DNA of 64,000 nt from a virus, in IMG/VR virus record IMGVR_UViG_3300027782_006229, positions 1 through 64,000 of that record; one strand, 5' to 3'. The notes beneath the pieces were generated by a model. That model saw only the letters and a program-made list of their open reading frames with translations. It searched no databases and had not been told where the DNA came from. Made by a program: the position numbers and the translations under genes. This document shows, in pieces, positions 38,192 through 49,129 of the stretch (position 1 is its first letter; every line of letters starts with the position of its first letter).

Positions 38192-40768
38192 TCAACCAAA
38201 TAAATCAAATAATTCTGTTTGTACGTTATCTTTAGGTTTACGAATTCTCCAATTTACAGCTTCATAAAATCTTTCAATTGCTTGAAAGAGAATTTTCTCA
38301 AACATTTTATCATAGTCAATTTTGAAAAACTGATGAAACTCTTCAGGGAATTCATTCTTAAATGCAACAGATTCTAACATATATTTATTAGGAGTTTCAA
38401 CATACAAATATCTCACTTTATCACCTGATGAAAGAGTCTCATATTTGTTATCGAGGTTAAACTTTTCAAGAAGTAAATTATAGTAATAACTCGATTTCAC
38501 ATGTAATGGCATACCTTTTGCAGTTTGAAATTCATTACACTGCGCAGAATATTTTTCATATCCTTTTAGACCCATTACAAACGCAACATCTTGAATAGAA
38601 AGACTTTTGAAAATATCATACGTTTCATTCAATACTTTATTAGTTTCTATCTGCGATTTCGATAACATCATCGTTTCAATAATCTTTTTAGCATAGGGTT
38701 TAATCGCATTAGGCATAGTCGTACGTACTACTTCCACTCCAGTATACTTAAATTTATTACAAGGGATACCTTCATCATCTAACACATGTAATACATAACG
38801 TTTTTTCTGCAAAAATATTCCAACATCACCAATACTTTCACGTTTAAATACAAACCGACAATCTTTTGAATTAAGGTTCTTTTTACCCCAAATCTTAATT
38901 TTTTCATTTAAGAAATTTTCAATATTTTGCACTTGCTCATGAGTTTCTTTAGTAATACTACCATCCTTATCAAGGAACTGGATTTTATTGTCTTTAAAGA
39001 GAGACTTAATGGATACATAAGAAGAATCTGTATCATTATATATGATAGCTTCTTCTAGTTCATTCTTAGTAATACCACTGACGGTATTTTCGAGATATTC
39101 TCTAATGAGGATATTAGACTCTTTAATTACTGCTTGACCAGTTAAGGTTACAGAAGATGCAATATCATCATCACCAATAGGAGCTTGCTTGTTACCAAAA
39201 TAACCATAACAAGAGTTAATCAAAACCTTCACACACATCTGATGTGCATTAAGTTTAGCAACCATATCAGATACTCGTCTATATTCAGTAGTACCTTTTT
39301 TAAGTTTACTCAATTCAACTTTATATATTTGAAGTTCTTTCTTAATTTCAACACGTTTATTATAAAAGTGATCTACAAATAAAGGAACAATACCTTTAAA
39401 CTTCTGCGTAAACAAAAAGTTTGCTTTAGTAATTGCAAGATCTTCTGCTTTAATTAATTCAGCAAATTTAGCTTTAGTTAAATTAAAAGTTTTACCACTT
39501 ACATGCCTAATTATGTAATTATCATCGTCAACTTTTTCAAACTTACCTACTTTAGTTTCAGGTGATAAGTTAAGTGAAATCATAACGTTCGGATATAGTG
39601 AATTTGCGTCAAAAGAGATTATGTTTTCTTGAAAACCACCTTTAGGTTCTGCAACATATGCACCAGGATTTACACTATCAGGATCATTACGAATAAACGT
39701 TGATATAACCTTACCTAGCTCACGTGCTTTGATACACAATGCACCATTGATAACTGAAAGGGTACCCATTGCTTGCTCAAAGGTACAAAGACCAGCATAT
39801 GATAACATTCTTAATAAATTAACATATTGCAACTTCTCTTCTAGACGAACAACAATATTAACGTCCTGAATATTATAATCAATAAATGTATCCCAATCAG
39901 TATCAGTTAATTGAGCAATGGACATACCATTTAAGTTTACCTTTTTCTCACCAAGTTCAATTTCACCAATATTATCTAGTTTATAACTATCACGTTCTTT
40001 AAAACAAAAACGTTTGTAAATATCCAAATAATCAAGAATAGCCATACCATCGATATAATATCGGCGTTGCTGCCTACCAAACTTACCAATAATATCCCGA
40101 TAATGAACTCTACCAAGAGGTGAAAGTTCTTTAGTATATTCTTCACCTAAAATACGAGTACATCTATTAATGATATATGGAATATCAAAAAACTCGGAGT
40201 TCCACCCAGACATAATATCAGGGTAATCTTTCTTTAGGTACTCAATAAAATTAATAAACAACTCTCTCTCATTTTTACAATGAGTGTATTTTACAGTCTT
40301 GTTACTACCATTATATGGCTTGATACCAAACGTATGGAATTCTTTACTTAAACTATCATAACAAGTGATTACAGTTACTTCATGAGTAGGGTCTTCTGGA
40401 TTCGGAAAAGAATCAACAGAATAAGTTTCAATATCTAAAAAGCAGATCTTAATCGGATGCTGAGTAAATTCTGGCTTTTCATTTTCACGCCAAAATGTAT
40501 CAAGTAAGTATTGCTGAGCGGGTGGTATATTTTCAAACACCCTTCTAATACCACTATCTCTTAAAAATTTACTACGCTCATATGAGTTACGAAAATATTT
40601 CTTCTTGAGTTTAGTATTATAAATTGATACACTTTCACCTTTAGGGTCTTCTAAGTACAAATAAGGATCATGCGATACAGTATACTGCACACGATTACCA
40701 TCTTTATCCCACGCAAATAGCTCTACGGATCGATTATTATTATTGTAAAAACAGTTTCTATAAGACAT
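38192..40768 (-). CDS. gp43: Family B DNA polymerase, T4 gp43-like
   Basis: Exo DIET, GWN..FDIPY; SFDANSLYP, K..INS.YG, YNDTDS, KKRY. Confidence 0.97.
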   Translation of the reverse strand: MSYRNCFYNNNNRSVELFAWDKDGNRVQYTVSHDPYLYLEDPKGESVSIYNTKLKKKYFRNSYERSKFLRDSGIRRVFENIPPAQQYLLDTFWRENEKPEFTQHPIKICFLDIETYSVDSFPNPEDPTHEVTVITCYDSLSKEFHTFGIKPYNGSNKTVKYTHCKNERELFINFIEYLKKDYPDIMSGWNSEFFDIPYIINRCTRILGEEYTKELSPLGRVHYRDIIGKFGRQQRRYYIDGMAILDYLDIYKRFCFKERDSYKLDNIGEIELGEKKVNLNGMSIAQLTDTDWDTFIDYNIQDVNIVVRLEEKLQYVNLLRMLSYAGLCTFEQAMGTLSVINGALCIKARELGKVISTFIRNDPDSVNPGAYVAEPKGGFQENIISFDANSLYPNVMISLNLSPETKVGKFEKVDDDNYIIRHVSGKTFNLTKAKFAELIKAEDLAITKANFLFTQKFKGIVPLFVDHFYNKRVEIKKELQIYKVELSKLKKGTTEYRRVSDMVAKLNAHQMCVKVLINSCYGYFGNKQAPIGDDDIASSVTLTGQAVIKESNILIREYLENTVSGITKNELEEAIIYNDTDSSYVSIKSLFKDNKIQFLDKDGSITKETHEQVQNIENFLNEKIKIWGKKNLNSKDCRFVFKRESIGDVGIFLQKKRYVLHVLDDEGIPCNKFKYTGVEVVRTTMPNAIKPYAKKIIETMMLSKSQIETNKVLNETYDIFKSLSIQDVAFVMGLKGYEKYSAQCNEFQTAKGMPLHVKSSYYYNLLLEKFNLDNKYETLSSGDKVRYLYVETPNKYMLESVAFKNEFPEEFHQFFKIDYDKMFEKILFQAIERFYEAVNWRIRKPKDNVQTELFDLFG

Positions 40769-40786
40769 TTCGTCTTATTATATGAA

Positions 40787-41986
40787 CTAATTCCATTTCT
40801 TCAAGTATTTTCTTTCAGGTGAATTATATGGTGTAGTATATGCTTCATAAATACACCCAATATTTTCTTGCTTTTCAAGAATGCGTTGTTCACCAACCTG
40901 TCTCATCTCCATAGACATCTTACGATATTTTGGTTTATTTTTAAGAGTGGCTGCAATAAGTTCTTTAAGTTGCTCACCTGTTTTAAATTTGAGTGGTGCA
41001 TCCTTATATGTGACCATATCTTGACAGATAACTGGTATACCAAATAGACATGCTTCAATAAATTTAATATCTGATTTGGATCTGTTGAAATGGTTATCTT
41101 GCAACGGAGCAATCATCAAATTAATATCTAGTTCAAAAATTTTCTTTGGATATTGATAAAGGGTCTGCCATGGGTGGAATTCAATCTCACCAGATTCAAT
41201 ATATGGCTTCAAAGGTGGTGGGAATGAACCCATAAACACCCATTGATATTTTGTTCTTGTATCAATAACTGCTTTGATTACATGTTCAAAGTCATCTTTA
41301 CCACCTACTTTATTATCTACATCATAATGTGCACCTGATCCTGTATATAGAATGCGTGGTTTTTTGTGGTTTTTATCTAGTGAATTACAAACCTTTGAAT
41401 GGTTGAAGAAATAACCCATCCAGAAAAATGGAGGGAAGTTAGGAATGACTGTAATTTCTTGTTTACCTGTCTTCTCCCTATACAAATCTCTCATGTAATC
41501 ACATGTTACAGTAACTTCATCAGCCATGTTAATAATATCAATGCAGTTTTGTCTTACTTCATCATTATCAAAAGCAAATTTAAACTTATTATAATCTGGA
41601 ATATCTTCTCTGAAAACTACATCATCAACTTCGTAAATAATTTTAAAACCACACTGCTTTTGAATTGATTTTAGGTATTCAATAAATCGTTTTTGATCTG
41701 TTGTAGCTTGTCTTTGAATTTTAATTGCTGTAACACCTTCATACCACTTTGGTTCAAATACCATACAAGTATTAGATTGTGAAATCATCGCACCATTACC
41801 GTTTAAAATTTGTTCTGGCCAAATAACCCTCCAGTGACCACAACCACTATAATCAGCAAGATAATTGATAACACGTGGTAAAGAAAGTTCACGTGGTGCT
41901 ATATTTTCCCTCGGTGGTGTGGGTGGTTGAGCTAATTTAGCACCTTGAACTGGAATAAATGGTGATACAAACGGTGATGGAAACAT
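40787..41986 (-). CDS. GT-B glycosyltransferase-like protein
   Basis: DYSGCGHWR..WP, YEVDD, IAPL.DN.FN.SKS.IK.IE. Confidence 0.75.
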   Translation of the reverse strand: MFPSPFVSPFIPVQGAKLAQPPTPPRENIAPRELSLPRVINYLADYSGCGHWRVIWPEQILNGNGAMISQSNTCMVFEPKWYEGVTAIKIQRQATTDQKRFIEYLKSIQKQCGFKIIYEVDDVVFREDIPDYNKFKFAFDNDEVRQNCIDIINMADEVTVTCDYMRDLYREKTGKQEITVIPNFPPFFWMGYFFNHSKVCNSLDKNHKKPRILYTGSGAHYDVDNKVGGKDDFEHVIKAVIDTRTKYQWVFMGSFPPPLKPYIESGEIEFHPWQTLYQYPKKIFELDINLMIAPLQDNHFNRSKSDIKFIEACLFGIPVICQDMVTYKDAPLKFKTGEQLKELIAATLKNKPKYRKMSMEMRQVGEQRILEKQENIGCIYEAYTTPYNSPERKYLKKWN

Positions 41987-42000
41987 ATCATAAATTTATG

Positions 42001-43806
42001 TCAGATATCTTTAAACTCAACCCTATTAGTAATACCATTTTCTTTTTCTAAGAAAATGACTTCACCTGTTACAGATTTAAGTGATTCAAGTCTATGTGAT
42101 ATGATATAGATACATTCATCAAATTGATCTGAACGTTCTTTAAGTAAATCACTTATAAGTTCAATACCCTTTTCATCGAATGACGAATCAAATAGTTCAT
42201 CATAAAATGCAATATTGTATTGTACCCCACCTTGCATTCTTCTTAAATCTGAAAACGTAAATAAGCATGCTAAGTCTACACTCTTGCGTTCAGCACCTGA
42301 AAAATTAAAGTATGAACAGATTTTATTCTTATCATTAACTAACTCCTCTTCGAAAAATTCATTAAAATAACAAATTGCATTACTATCTAATTTCTTGAGA
42401 TAATAAAGCAATCGGCTATTAAGAAGTTCAAGCAATTTATTTACAATATAAGATTTAACACCTTCTTCACTGATGACATATTTTACAACATCAAGCATTT
42501 GAATTTGCTGCTTCTTTTGAATAATAGTTTGATCTAATTCACTTAAACGTTTTTCAGTATCTTCAATAATACCATCAAACTCAGTTGATGTACCAGTAAC
42601 CTGATTTATATCATCAATTAGTGATTCTTGCCATTTTTTGATCTGTTGAATCTTTTCTAAAATATTTTTTTCTTCTTGATTGAGAAGTTTATTTTTTGCA
42701 ATTTTACCTTCTTCATCTTTCAATTTTTTATTAACAGCATCTTTCTTTTGCTGTATTGAAATAATTTCATCCTTTGTTGCTTTGAGTAATTTAGTTAGAT
42801 TATCGATTTCGATCTCAATCTTAACCTTTTCTTCTTTAATATATTTTGCGTCGTGATCTTTAATTGATCTTAAACATACAGGACACTCTTCTTGATCCGT
42901 ACCGATCTTTTCATACGTGCTTTTTAAAGTTTTAATTCTAGTTGTATATTCACCAACTAATAAATTTTTATCGGTAATTACACTTTCACATTTTTTAATA
43001 CCAGTTTGTAGTTTACTAATATTTTCTTGTATTATACTACTATCCCAAAAAACCATTCCAGCAAGTTTAGCGTCAAGTTTACCCCATGTATCATCATTTT
43101 CTTGTTGACGTTGTAAATAAACTTGATGTTTTTGGGTACGGTGATCTAAAATTTTCTGTCTTTGTTTTTTATAATCAAAAGTAGATCTGTTAACTTCAGA
43201 AAATTTTGCTTGTTCAAGATCATACTCCTTTGATATGTTGTTATATTCACCACGTAACTCAGAGATCATCTGACTAAACACTTCCAAGCCAAAAATATCT
43301 TCAATAAACTTGCGCTTTTCTACTTTATTTTTAGCCATGAAAGGTATTGCATTATTAACTGTCATAATAACACAATTCTGAAATAAAGAAGGGGTAGCAC
43401 TTAGAGTATCACAAATATACTTGTTTGTATTTGATATAGTATCTCTAGTTGCATCTTCACCATCTTTATAGATATATACCTTTGATGGGTTAAGTTTACG
43501 TATAAGCTTATACGTATTAGTCTCTTTAGGGGTAACTACATCGCATTCAATTTCAATTGTAGTTGTACCACCTGTAATATTGTTAACAATAAGATCCTTT
43601 TTAATTTCACGCAAAGGATCTCCAAAAATACCAAAGTACAAAGCATCAGCAACAGTAGATTTACCGATAGCATTTCTACGATCAGGTTTATCTTTATTGA
43701 TACCGGTAACTAGATTGATACCCTTTTTAAAATCGATACATACAGGATTATTACCAACTGAGAGATAGTTTTGAATTTTAAGACTTTTAAATATTACTTT
43801 TTTCAT
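42001..43806 (-). CDS. gp46: Recombination endonuclease ATPase subunit, gp46/Rad50-like
   Basis: NAIGKST, CPVC zinc hook, FSGAE signature, DELFDSSFD. Confidence 0.93.
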   Translation of the reverse strand: MKKVIFKSLKIQNYLSVGNNPVCIDFKKGINLVTGINKDKPDRRNAIGKSTVADALYFGIFGDPLREIKKDLIVNNITGGTTTIEIECDVVTPKETNTYKLIRKLNPSKVYIYKDGEDATRDTISNTNKYICDTLSATPSLFQNCVIMTVNNAIPFMAKNKVEKRKFIEDIFGLEVFSQMISELRGEYNNISKEYDLEQAKFSEVNRSTFDYKKQRQKILDHRTQKHQVYLQRQQENDDTWGKLDAKLAGMVFWDSSIIQENISKLQTGIKKCESVITDKNLLVGEYTTRIKTLKSTYEKIGTDQEECPVCLRSIKDHDAKYIKEEKVKIEIEIDNLTKLLKATKDEIISIQQKKDAVNKKLKDEEGKIAKNKLLNQEEKNILEKIQQIKKWQESLIDDINQVTGTSTEFDGIIEDTEKRLSELDQTIIQKKQQIQMLDVVKYVISEEGVKSYIVNKLLELLNSRLLYYLKKLDSNAICYFNEFFEEELVNDKNKICSYFNFSGAERKSVDLACLFTFSDLRRMQGGVQYNIAFYDELFDSSFDEKGIELISDLLKERSDQFDECIYIISHRLESLKSVTGEVIFLEKENGITNRVEFKDI

Positions 43807-44858
43807 ACTGTAGTGCACTTACCATAAAGGTTAAGAGTATAATCTAATATAAATTTTTTATCTTCAATATCCAGTAAATTAATAAATTCTTCAATTGCAT
43901 TAGGTATATTAATACTATCAGATAAAGCATCCGATAAGAACGTATCTTTTGTGATTAGTTTGTTGTAATCAAAATCATACTCCACAGTAAAACTTGCTGG
44001 TTTAAGTTGTAGTAGTTTACTATGCAAAAAATCCATATCTTCAGAACTAATATTTTTATCAACCTTTAGTTTTACAAAATTACTATTGAAGGTAGTTCTA
44101 ATATAGTTATCAATAGTACCAGCATTAACCATTTCACTCAAAGATAGTTTTTTATATTTTGGTGAAATGTTATTATGAATAAACTGTAACTCGGTAGTTT
44201 CAATATTAAGGATGTAATAACCTTTATCGTTACCACAATCACCGAAATCCATCTCAAAAGGATTACCTGTATAAAGGATATTACCTGCTCCAAAATTGCG
44301 TTCATGTCTTGTATGAAAGTGACCTGAAATAATAAGATTAAACTTACGTAATAAATCACTAGCTTTCATACCTTCATCGCAATCTTTCATTGAATTCATT
44401 TTAAAAGATTCAATTTCGAGATGTCCGAATAATATATCACCGTTAGGTACATCATTTACAGAAAACCCCCAAGGTAAAAATGCTAATGTTTTATCAAAAC
44501 GTTCTAAGACGAATGGTTTGTCAATAACATTTACATTTTCTTTACCTTTCACAATATTAAGTGAATGTACATCAGTTCGATGCTTAAAATACATATCATG
44601 GTTACCAGTTATTACAGTGAGATTAAACTCACTCAATAATTTAAACACTTCAGCTGATACTGTTAATGTATCAACAGAAATTTCACTTCTATTATGATAC
44701 CAATCACCACAAAATATAATATCTTTGATATTATTACGTTTTAAATCTTCAACGAACCAACGACACCAATTTAATGCAATATCATGCCATTGGTTAGAAT
44801 TACCATGAACACCTAAATGAAGATCTGAAAAGATTGCTACTCTTGGCTTATTGATCAT
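43803..44858 (-). CDS. gp47: Recombination nuclease subunit, gp47/Mre11-like
   Basis: SDLHLG, GD, GNHD, GH.E, SGHFH. Confidence 0.93.
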   Translation of the reverse strand: MINKPRVAIFSDLHLGVHGNSNQWHDIALNWCRWFVEDLKRNNIKDIIFCGDWYHNRSEISVDTLTVSAEVFKLLSEFNLTVITGNHDMYFKHRTDVHSLNIVKGKENVNVIDKPFVLERFDKTLAFLPWGFSVNDVPNGDILFGHLEIESFKMNSMKDCDEGMKASDLLRKFNLIISGHFHTRHERNFGAGNILYTGNPFEMDFGDCGNDKGYYILNIETTELQFIHNNISPKYKKLSLSEMVNAGTIDNYIRTTFNSNFVKLKVDKNISSEDMDFLHSKLLQLKPASFTVEYDFDYNKLITKDTFLSDALSDSINIPNAIEEFINLLDIEDKKFILDYTLNLYGKCTTV

Positions 44859-45306
44859 TTTCGTTATAATAAGAATCCATATCGTCGTTATCATTTTCAG
44901 GTTTTACATATATGTAACTCGACATTTCTGGATCAGTCATCATAGATTCATACACTTGAGACTTGTAATTAGTGATAGTTTGATGATGTTTCTGCTCTTT
45001 CTTAATCCTATTAATGAAAGCATGAAATGCAATAGTGGTAAAATACGAGAAAGGGTTAGAACCAGACGCAAAATTATACTTTTTATTCTTTACAGCACTG
45101 TACATCTTGATGAGAGCATCACCTATCATGTCATCCTTATAGGTATAATTGATAAAATTGGGTAAATAGCTAAGGCCTGTTGCAATTTTCTTGATATACA
45201 CACCTAATATCTCTGTCATTACATCAGAGTCGTAATACTTTTGAAGTTCTCTTTTGAAATCATCAGAGTTTACGTAGTGTTCTTTCTTTTCTTTTTTGGA
45301 ACTCAT
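44848..45306 (-). CDS. gp55: Late transcription sigma factor, gp55-like
   Basis: HYVN, PNFINYTYKDDMIGDA, NPFSYFT.I..AF..RI.KE. Confidence 0.92.
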   Translation of the reverse strand: MSSKKEKKEHYVNSDDFKRELQKYYDSDVMTEILGVYIKKIATGLSYLPNFINYTYKDDMIGDALIKMYSAVKNKKYNFASGSNPFSYFTTIAFHAFINRIKKEQKHHQTITNYKSQVYESMMTDPEMSSYIYVKPENDNDDMDSYYNENDQ

Positions 45307-45335
45307 AGCTTAATATACGATAGGTTTATAATAAA

Positions 45336-46751
45336 TCAAGGTTCTCTAATATTTTTTTCAACAAACTGTATTTTTTCTCGTTGATAAATGTCTTTTCTTG
45401 CATCTCCATGGTCAGAACCATAACGAAGGTTGTCAATTAAATCAAAAATATACAATTTATTCTTGGAAGGGTGTAGTCGCAAGCCACGACCAATGGACTG
45501 AACTGTACGAATGAAGGCTTTACCACCGGCCGCAAACATGATCATGTGTAAATTCTTGATATTTACACCTGTTGAAAAGATAGAACTGAGGGCTATACAC
45601 ACAACATCATCATGTTTTTCAATGATTTCCTTAATTCTTTCCCGTTCCCCCACCTCAACTTTCCCTTGAATAAAGAAAACCTTTTTGGAAATACCTTGGA
45701 ATTTTTCCATTAGAATTTCCCCATGCCGAATATGGTTGATGAGAATGAGGATATTTTTAGGAAATTTGGTTGCAATTTCCTTAATTGTGTTGTTCCTAAA
45801 TTCTGATTCGTAAAGGAAATCTAGTTCCGCACGATAATTCATTTTAGGAACAGGCTTGTAATGTAAGTTTACACACTTAACATCCACGTTTGTAAGGAAA
45901 TTTTCCTGTCTTAAATCATAAGAATTCTTTTCAAATATGACTGGACCAAGTTTTCCAAGTACAGACCACCTATCTCCACTCTTATCAGGTAATGTTCCTG
46001 TAAAACCATACTTGTGTGGTGTTTTGATCTTGGAAATAATCTTTCCTGTAACTTCTGCCTTTCCTTTATGACACTCATCAACGATCAACAGATCTACATG
46101 TTCCAGCCACTTGTTTTCCTCAAATTTACTTTGTAAAATACCAAGATTGACTACAAACACGTTAGATGTTAAATCAGGTAAATGTTTTCCTGTCCATTTA
46201 GTTGTTTTGAAAGAAATACCATATGATAGGAAATCATTGTATGTTTGAGTAACTAAACCAAGATCAGGTACAACTACAAGACATTTAAACGTGTTTTTAT
46301 TAGGGGAATTTAAGTAATAATTTTCTACTAAAGTTGCAGTCGTTATGGTTTTACCTGCACCTGTTCCCATTAAGCATATACCACGACCATACTTTAAAGC
46401 TAGTTTAACTGCATCTTCCTGATACTCTCTTAGGGTGTTACCATCAGCTTTTAAATTGTTATAGAACTTTGAATCGTACTGTTTACCTAGATAATCTGAT
46501 AATTCTTTCGTGATGCAAGATTCAGGTGCAATAATATTACACTCATGAAGATATTTGTTTATCTCCCAAAATAACCCCATCTCACATTGACCGGTGGGTG
46601 TAATATAATACTTACGACTAGGCATGAATCTATTCTTTCTTTTCATAAAAGAATGACCTTCATACGGACAACTAAAATGTTCTCTTACCTGATTGAATAA
46701 ACTAGTTTCACATTGAAAAATAAGCTTATGACCTTTAATATCAAATTTCAT
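45336..46751 (-). CDS. uvsW: SF2 helicase UvsW
   Basis: LREYQ, GTGAGKT, VDECH, GFTGT, STGVNI.NL, QSIGRGLR. Confidence 0.93.
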   Translation of the reverse strand: MKFDIKGHKLIFQCETSLFNQVREHFSCPYEGHSFMKRKNRFMPSRKYYITPTGQCEMGLFWEINKYLHECNIIAPESCITKELSDYLGKQYDSKFYNNLKADGNTLREYQEDAVKLALKYGRGICLMGTGAGKTITTATLVENYYLNSPNKNTFKCLVVVPDLGLVTQTYNDFLSYGISFKTTKWTGKHLPDLTSNVFVVNLGILQSKFEENKWLEHVDLLIVDECHKGKAEVTGKIISKIKTPHKYGFTGTLPDKSGDRWSVLGKLGPVIFEKNSYDLRQENFLTNVDVKCVNLHYKPVPKMNYRAELDFLYESEFRNNTIKEIATKFPKNILILINHIRHGEILMEKFQGISKKVFFIQGKVEVGERERIKEIIEKHDDVVCIALSSIFSTGVNIKNLHMIMFAAGGKAFIRTVQSIGRGLRLHPSKNKLYIFDLIDNLRYGSDHGDARKDIYQREKIQFVEKNIREP

Positions 46752-47143
46752 AATGTTTCGAGTTTATTGAGGTCAATAATATTTTTTACTTCCCAGTGCA
46801 TACTTGCAAGTATTTTTTCAACCTTTTCGAGGTATTCAATGACGTTGGAAAGATCACGCTTTTGTTCTTTAATTGATGCCATTTCTTCTTGCTCATCAAT
46901 AAGTGCATTAACAGCTTTATCAGTAAGATGTACTGGTGCTTGCTCCTTTACTTTAACGGAAAGTTTTTTAGTTAACTTTTTTTCCTTTTCAATTAGATTT
47001 TGGAGATCACGTTTTGCTTCAATAAGTCTTGCTACCCAAAAGTGTTTACGAGCTGGTAGTCTTAGTTGAGTTTCTTTAATATTAAAATCATTTAACGCGA
47101 GGTCTTGCTCAACCTCTTTTATATATTTACTTAATAGACTCAT
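46748..47143 (-). CDS. uvsY: Recombination mediator, UvsY-like
   Basis: Helical 131 aa ending W.VKNIID; adjacent to uvsW. Confidence 0.75.
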   Translation of the reverse strand: MSLLSKYIKEVEQDLALNDFNIKETQLRLPARKHFWVARLIEAKRDLQNLIEKEKKLTKKLSVKVKEQAPVHLTDKAVNALIDEQEEMASIKEQKRDLSNVIEYLEKVEKILASMHWEVKNIIDLNKLETL

Positions 47144-47169
47144 ATCTAATTATAAATACTAATATCGAA

Positions 47170-47415
47170 ATGTCAACTTTCAAAAATATTTTTTTATCCC
47201 TTATAGAAGAAGATAATGTAGCTGGAGGAGCTAGCTCTGTCTTCGGTGGTGCAGTTGATAAAGACGGTGGTATCTATAATCCTAATGAAGGTAGATATAC
47301 ATCAAATGATTCTATCTATGCACCAGGTGATGCTAGAGTGCCTAAAGCTTTGAGTGGAGTACAACGCAGAAGTGGTATAAGTAAGAAGAGACGCAAAAAG
47401 CGTAAAACTAAATGA
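47170..47415 (+). CDS. Small late protein with basic C-terminus
   Basis: TATAAATA upstream; MSTFKNIFLSLIEE; YAPGDARVPK. Confidence 0.65.
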   Translation: MSTFKNIFLSLIEEDNVAGGASSVFGGAVDKDGGIYNPNEGRYTSNDSIYAPGDARVPKALSGVQRRSGISKKRRKKRKTK

Positions 47416-47828
47416 CAGACTTAGGACATTGGACATGCGATATACATATACCTGAAACTCCATATGGGTTTGTGTATAAAATAACGAATCTAGTTGATGG
47501 TAAATGTTATATAGGTAAAAAGCAAATGATATCTGTAAAAAAGATGCCACCTCTTAAAGGTAAGAAAAATAAGCGTCATAAAGAGGTAGAAACAGATTGG
47601 CGTGCATATACAGGCTCTTCAAATGATTTAAATGCTGATATTAGTAAACATAGTAAAGATAATTTTAAATTTCAAATAGTACGTTTTTGTACCAGCAAGT
47701 GGGAGTTATCATATTATGAAACTAAAGCTCAGTTTGAGGCTGATGTTCTTGTATCAGAAAAATTTTATAATGGAATTATAAATTGTCGTATTGGAAAAGC
47801 GCCGAAGAGTCATATAATAGATAAATGA
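47412..47828 (+). CDS. GIY-YIG nuclease family protein
   Basis: GFVYKITN...YIGKK...W..Y.GSS...E...YN. Confidence 0.85.
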   Translation: MTDLGHWTCDIHIPETPYGFVYKITNLVDGKCYIGKKQMISVKKMPPLKGKKNKRHKEVETDWRAYTGSSNDLNADISKHSKDNFKFQIVRFCTSKWELSYYETKAQFEADVLVSEKFYNGIINCRIGKAPKSHIIDK

Positions 47829-48358
47829 TTCAGGTATATAATAGGTGTGGTGTACATATTATCGATTTTTTATCTTTTATCGATAAACATTGCTGTAAAA
47901 AATATCTTAATACATTGAATATATATGATTTGCAAAATGACATAACTAACAAAGATGTGCAAAAGCTTTTCTACCATTCAATAATAGAGAGTGTAATAGA
48001 TTATTATCTAAAAATAAAAATATTAGATACAAAAGTTTTTTACGTGGATAAACTTAAGCTTGCAAGTTGCTGCCTTATCGGTGATAATGACGTTAAAATA
48101 TTTTTGAAGTTTTTTATTAAGTTTATAAAGGATATCAAAAATAAACTCAATATTAATATTGTTAGCGATATACATTCATTTAAAACATATTATGAAATAT
48201 TGGATACTGACGCATATCTTGTTGAAAATCTTAATAGTGCAATAAAGAGTAAAAATATTAAATCAGAAAAAGTATATATATTTTTAGAAAAGTGTGGATT
48301 AAAAAAGCTTTCAGAAATATATAAAGAGGATGTGAAGGTTAAATTCTGGTTGAAATAA
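47825..48358 (+). CDS. Hypothetical protein
   Basis: 177-aa ORF. Confidence 0.55.
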   Translation: MIQVYNRCGVHIIDFLSFIDKHCCKKYLNTLNIYDLQNDITNKDVQKLFYHSIIESVIDYYLKIKILDTKVFYVDKLKLASCCLIGDNDVKIFLKFFIKFIKDIKNKLNINIVSDIHSFKTYYEILDTDAYLVENLNSAIKSKNIKSEKVYIFLEKCGLKKLSEIYKEDVKVKFWLK

Positions 48359-48369
48359 TAAATAATTTC

Positions 48370-48738
48370 ATGTCGAAGTTTTTAAAGCTGCTAGAAATGA
48401 ATAACCCAACTGATGGATTTAAAGATCCTAACGATACAGTTGTTAATTCTATTAAAAAATTATGTGATGCACTAAAAATACCATATGAGGTTGCAGCAGA
48501 TGGTTTATTAATTTTAAATAAACGTGATCGTAAAGCTAATGAAGAAGAAGCAGAAGATTTTACTGCAGATGGTGCAGCAAGAACAACTAGTGCATTAGGA
48601 GCCCTTCTTAGTATACCAGATCAAAAAACTGGAATTTTTGGTCAGAATAAATCAGCTAAAAAAATAAACGATGCAAAGCAGAAAATTGCTGATGGTATTT
48701 CAACATGGGCAGATAAATGGATCTCTAGTTTAAGATAA
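48370..48738 (+). CDS. Putative capsid-internal protein
   Basis: ATAAATA-N5-ATG; MSKFLKLLE. Confidence 0.6.
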   Translation: MSKFLKLLEMNNPTDGFKDPNDTVVNSIKKLCDALKIPYEVAADGLLILNKRDRKANEEEAEDFTADGAARTTSALGALLSIPDQKTGIFGQNKSAKKINDAKQKIADGISTWADKWISSLR

Positions 48739-48745
48739 AAATATT

Positions 48746-49129
48746 ATGAAAAAGACCCTTAAAATTTTTGAACAAGCATATTCTCTTTTAGAAGCTGCAC
48801 CATTCCCAGAAGCTGAAGCAGCTGCTCCTACAGATCTAACACAAGCTGATCCAACAATGGCAACGGAACCACAAGCTCCTGAACAACAAGAAGTTTTAAA
48901 ACTTACTTCTCAGGGTGAAGTGAATATGATTAAAAAACTTATAACATTATTACAAACTGTTGTAACATCTGAACCAGATGAGTCTACAAGATCAATGATT
49001 GTAAATTTTGATATTGACTCCATTGATGAAGGTAATGCAAGAGATATGCTTAAAAAGTTTGAAACTACGTTAGTGTCAAATAAATCTGATTACGAAACAG
49101 CAGAAATTGATAATAAATATGGAATATAA
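48746..49129 (+). CDS. Acidic hypothetical late protein
   Basis: MKKTLKIFEQAYSLLEA. Confidence 0.6.
   Translation: MKKTLKIFEQAYSLLEAAPFPEAEAAAPTDLTQADPTMATEPQAPEQQEVLKLTSQGEVNMIKKLITLLQTVVTSEPDESTRSMIVNFDIDSIDEGNARDMLKKFETTLVSNKSDYETAEIDNKYGI

Noticed and set aside
38192-40768. Intein or intron in the polymerase, helicase or terminase
   Set aside because: Lengths and motif spacing are normal; no intein or group I signatures seen
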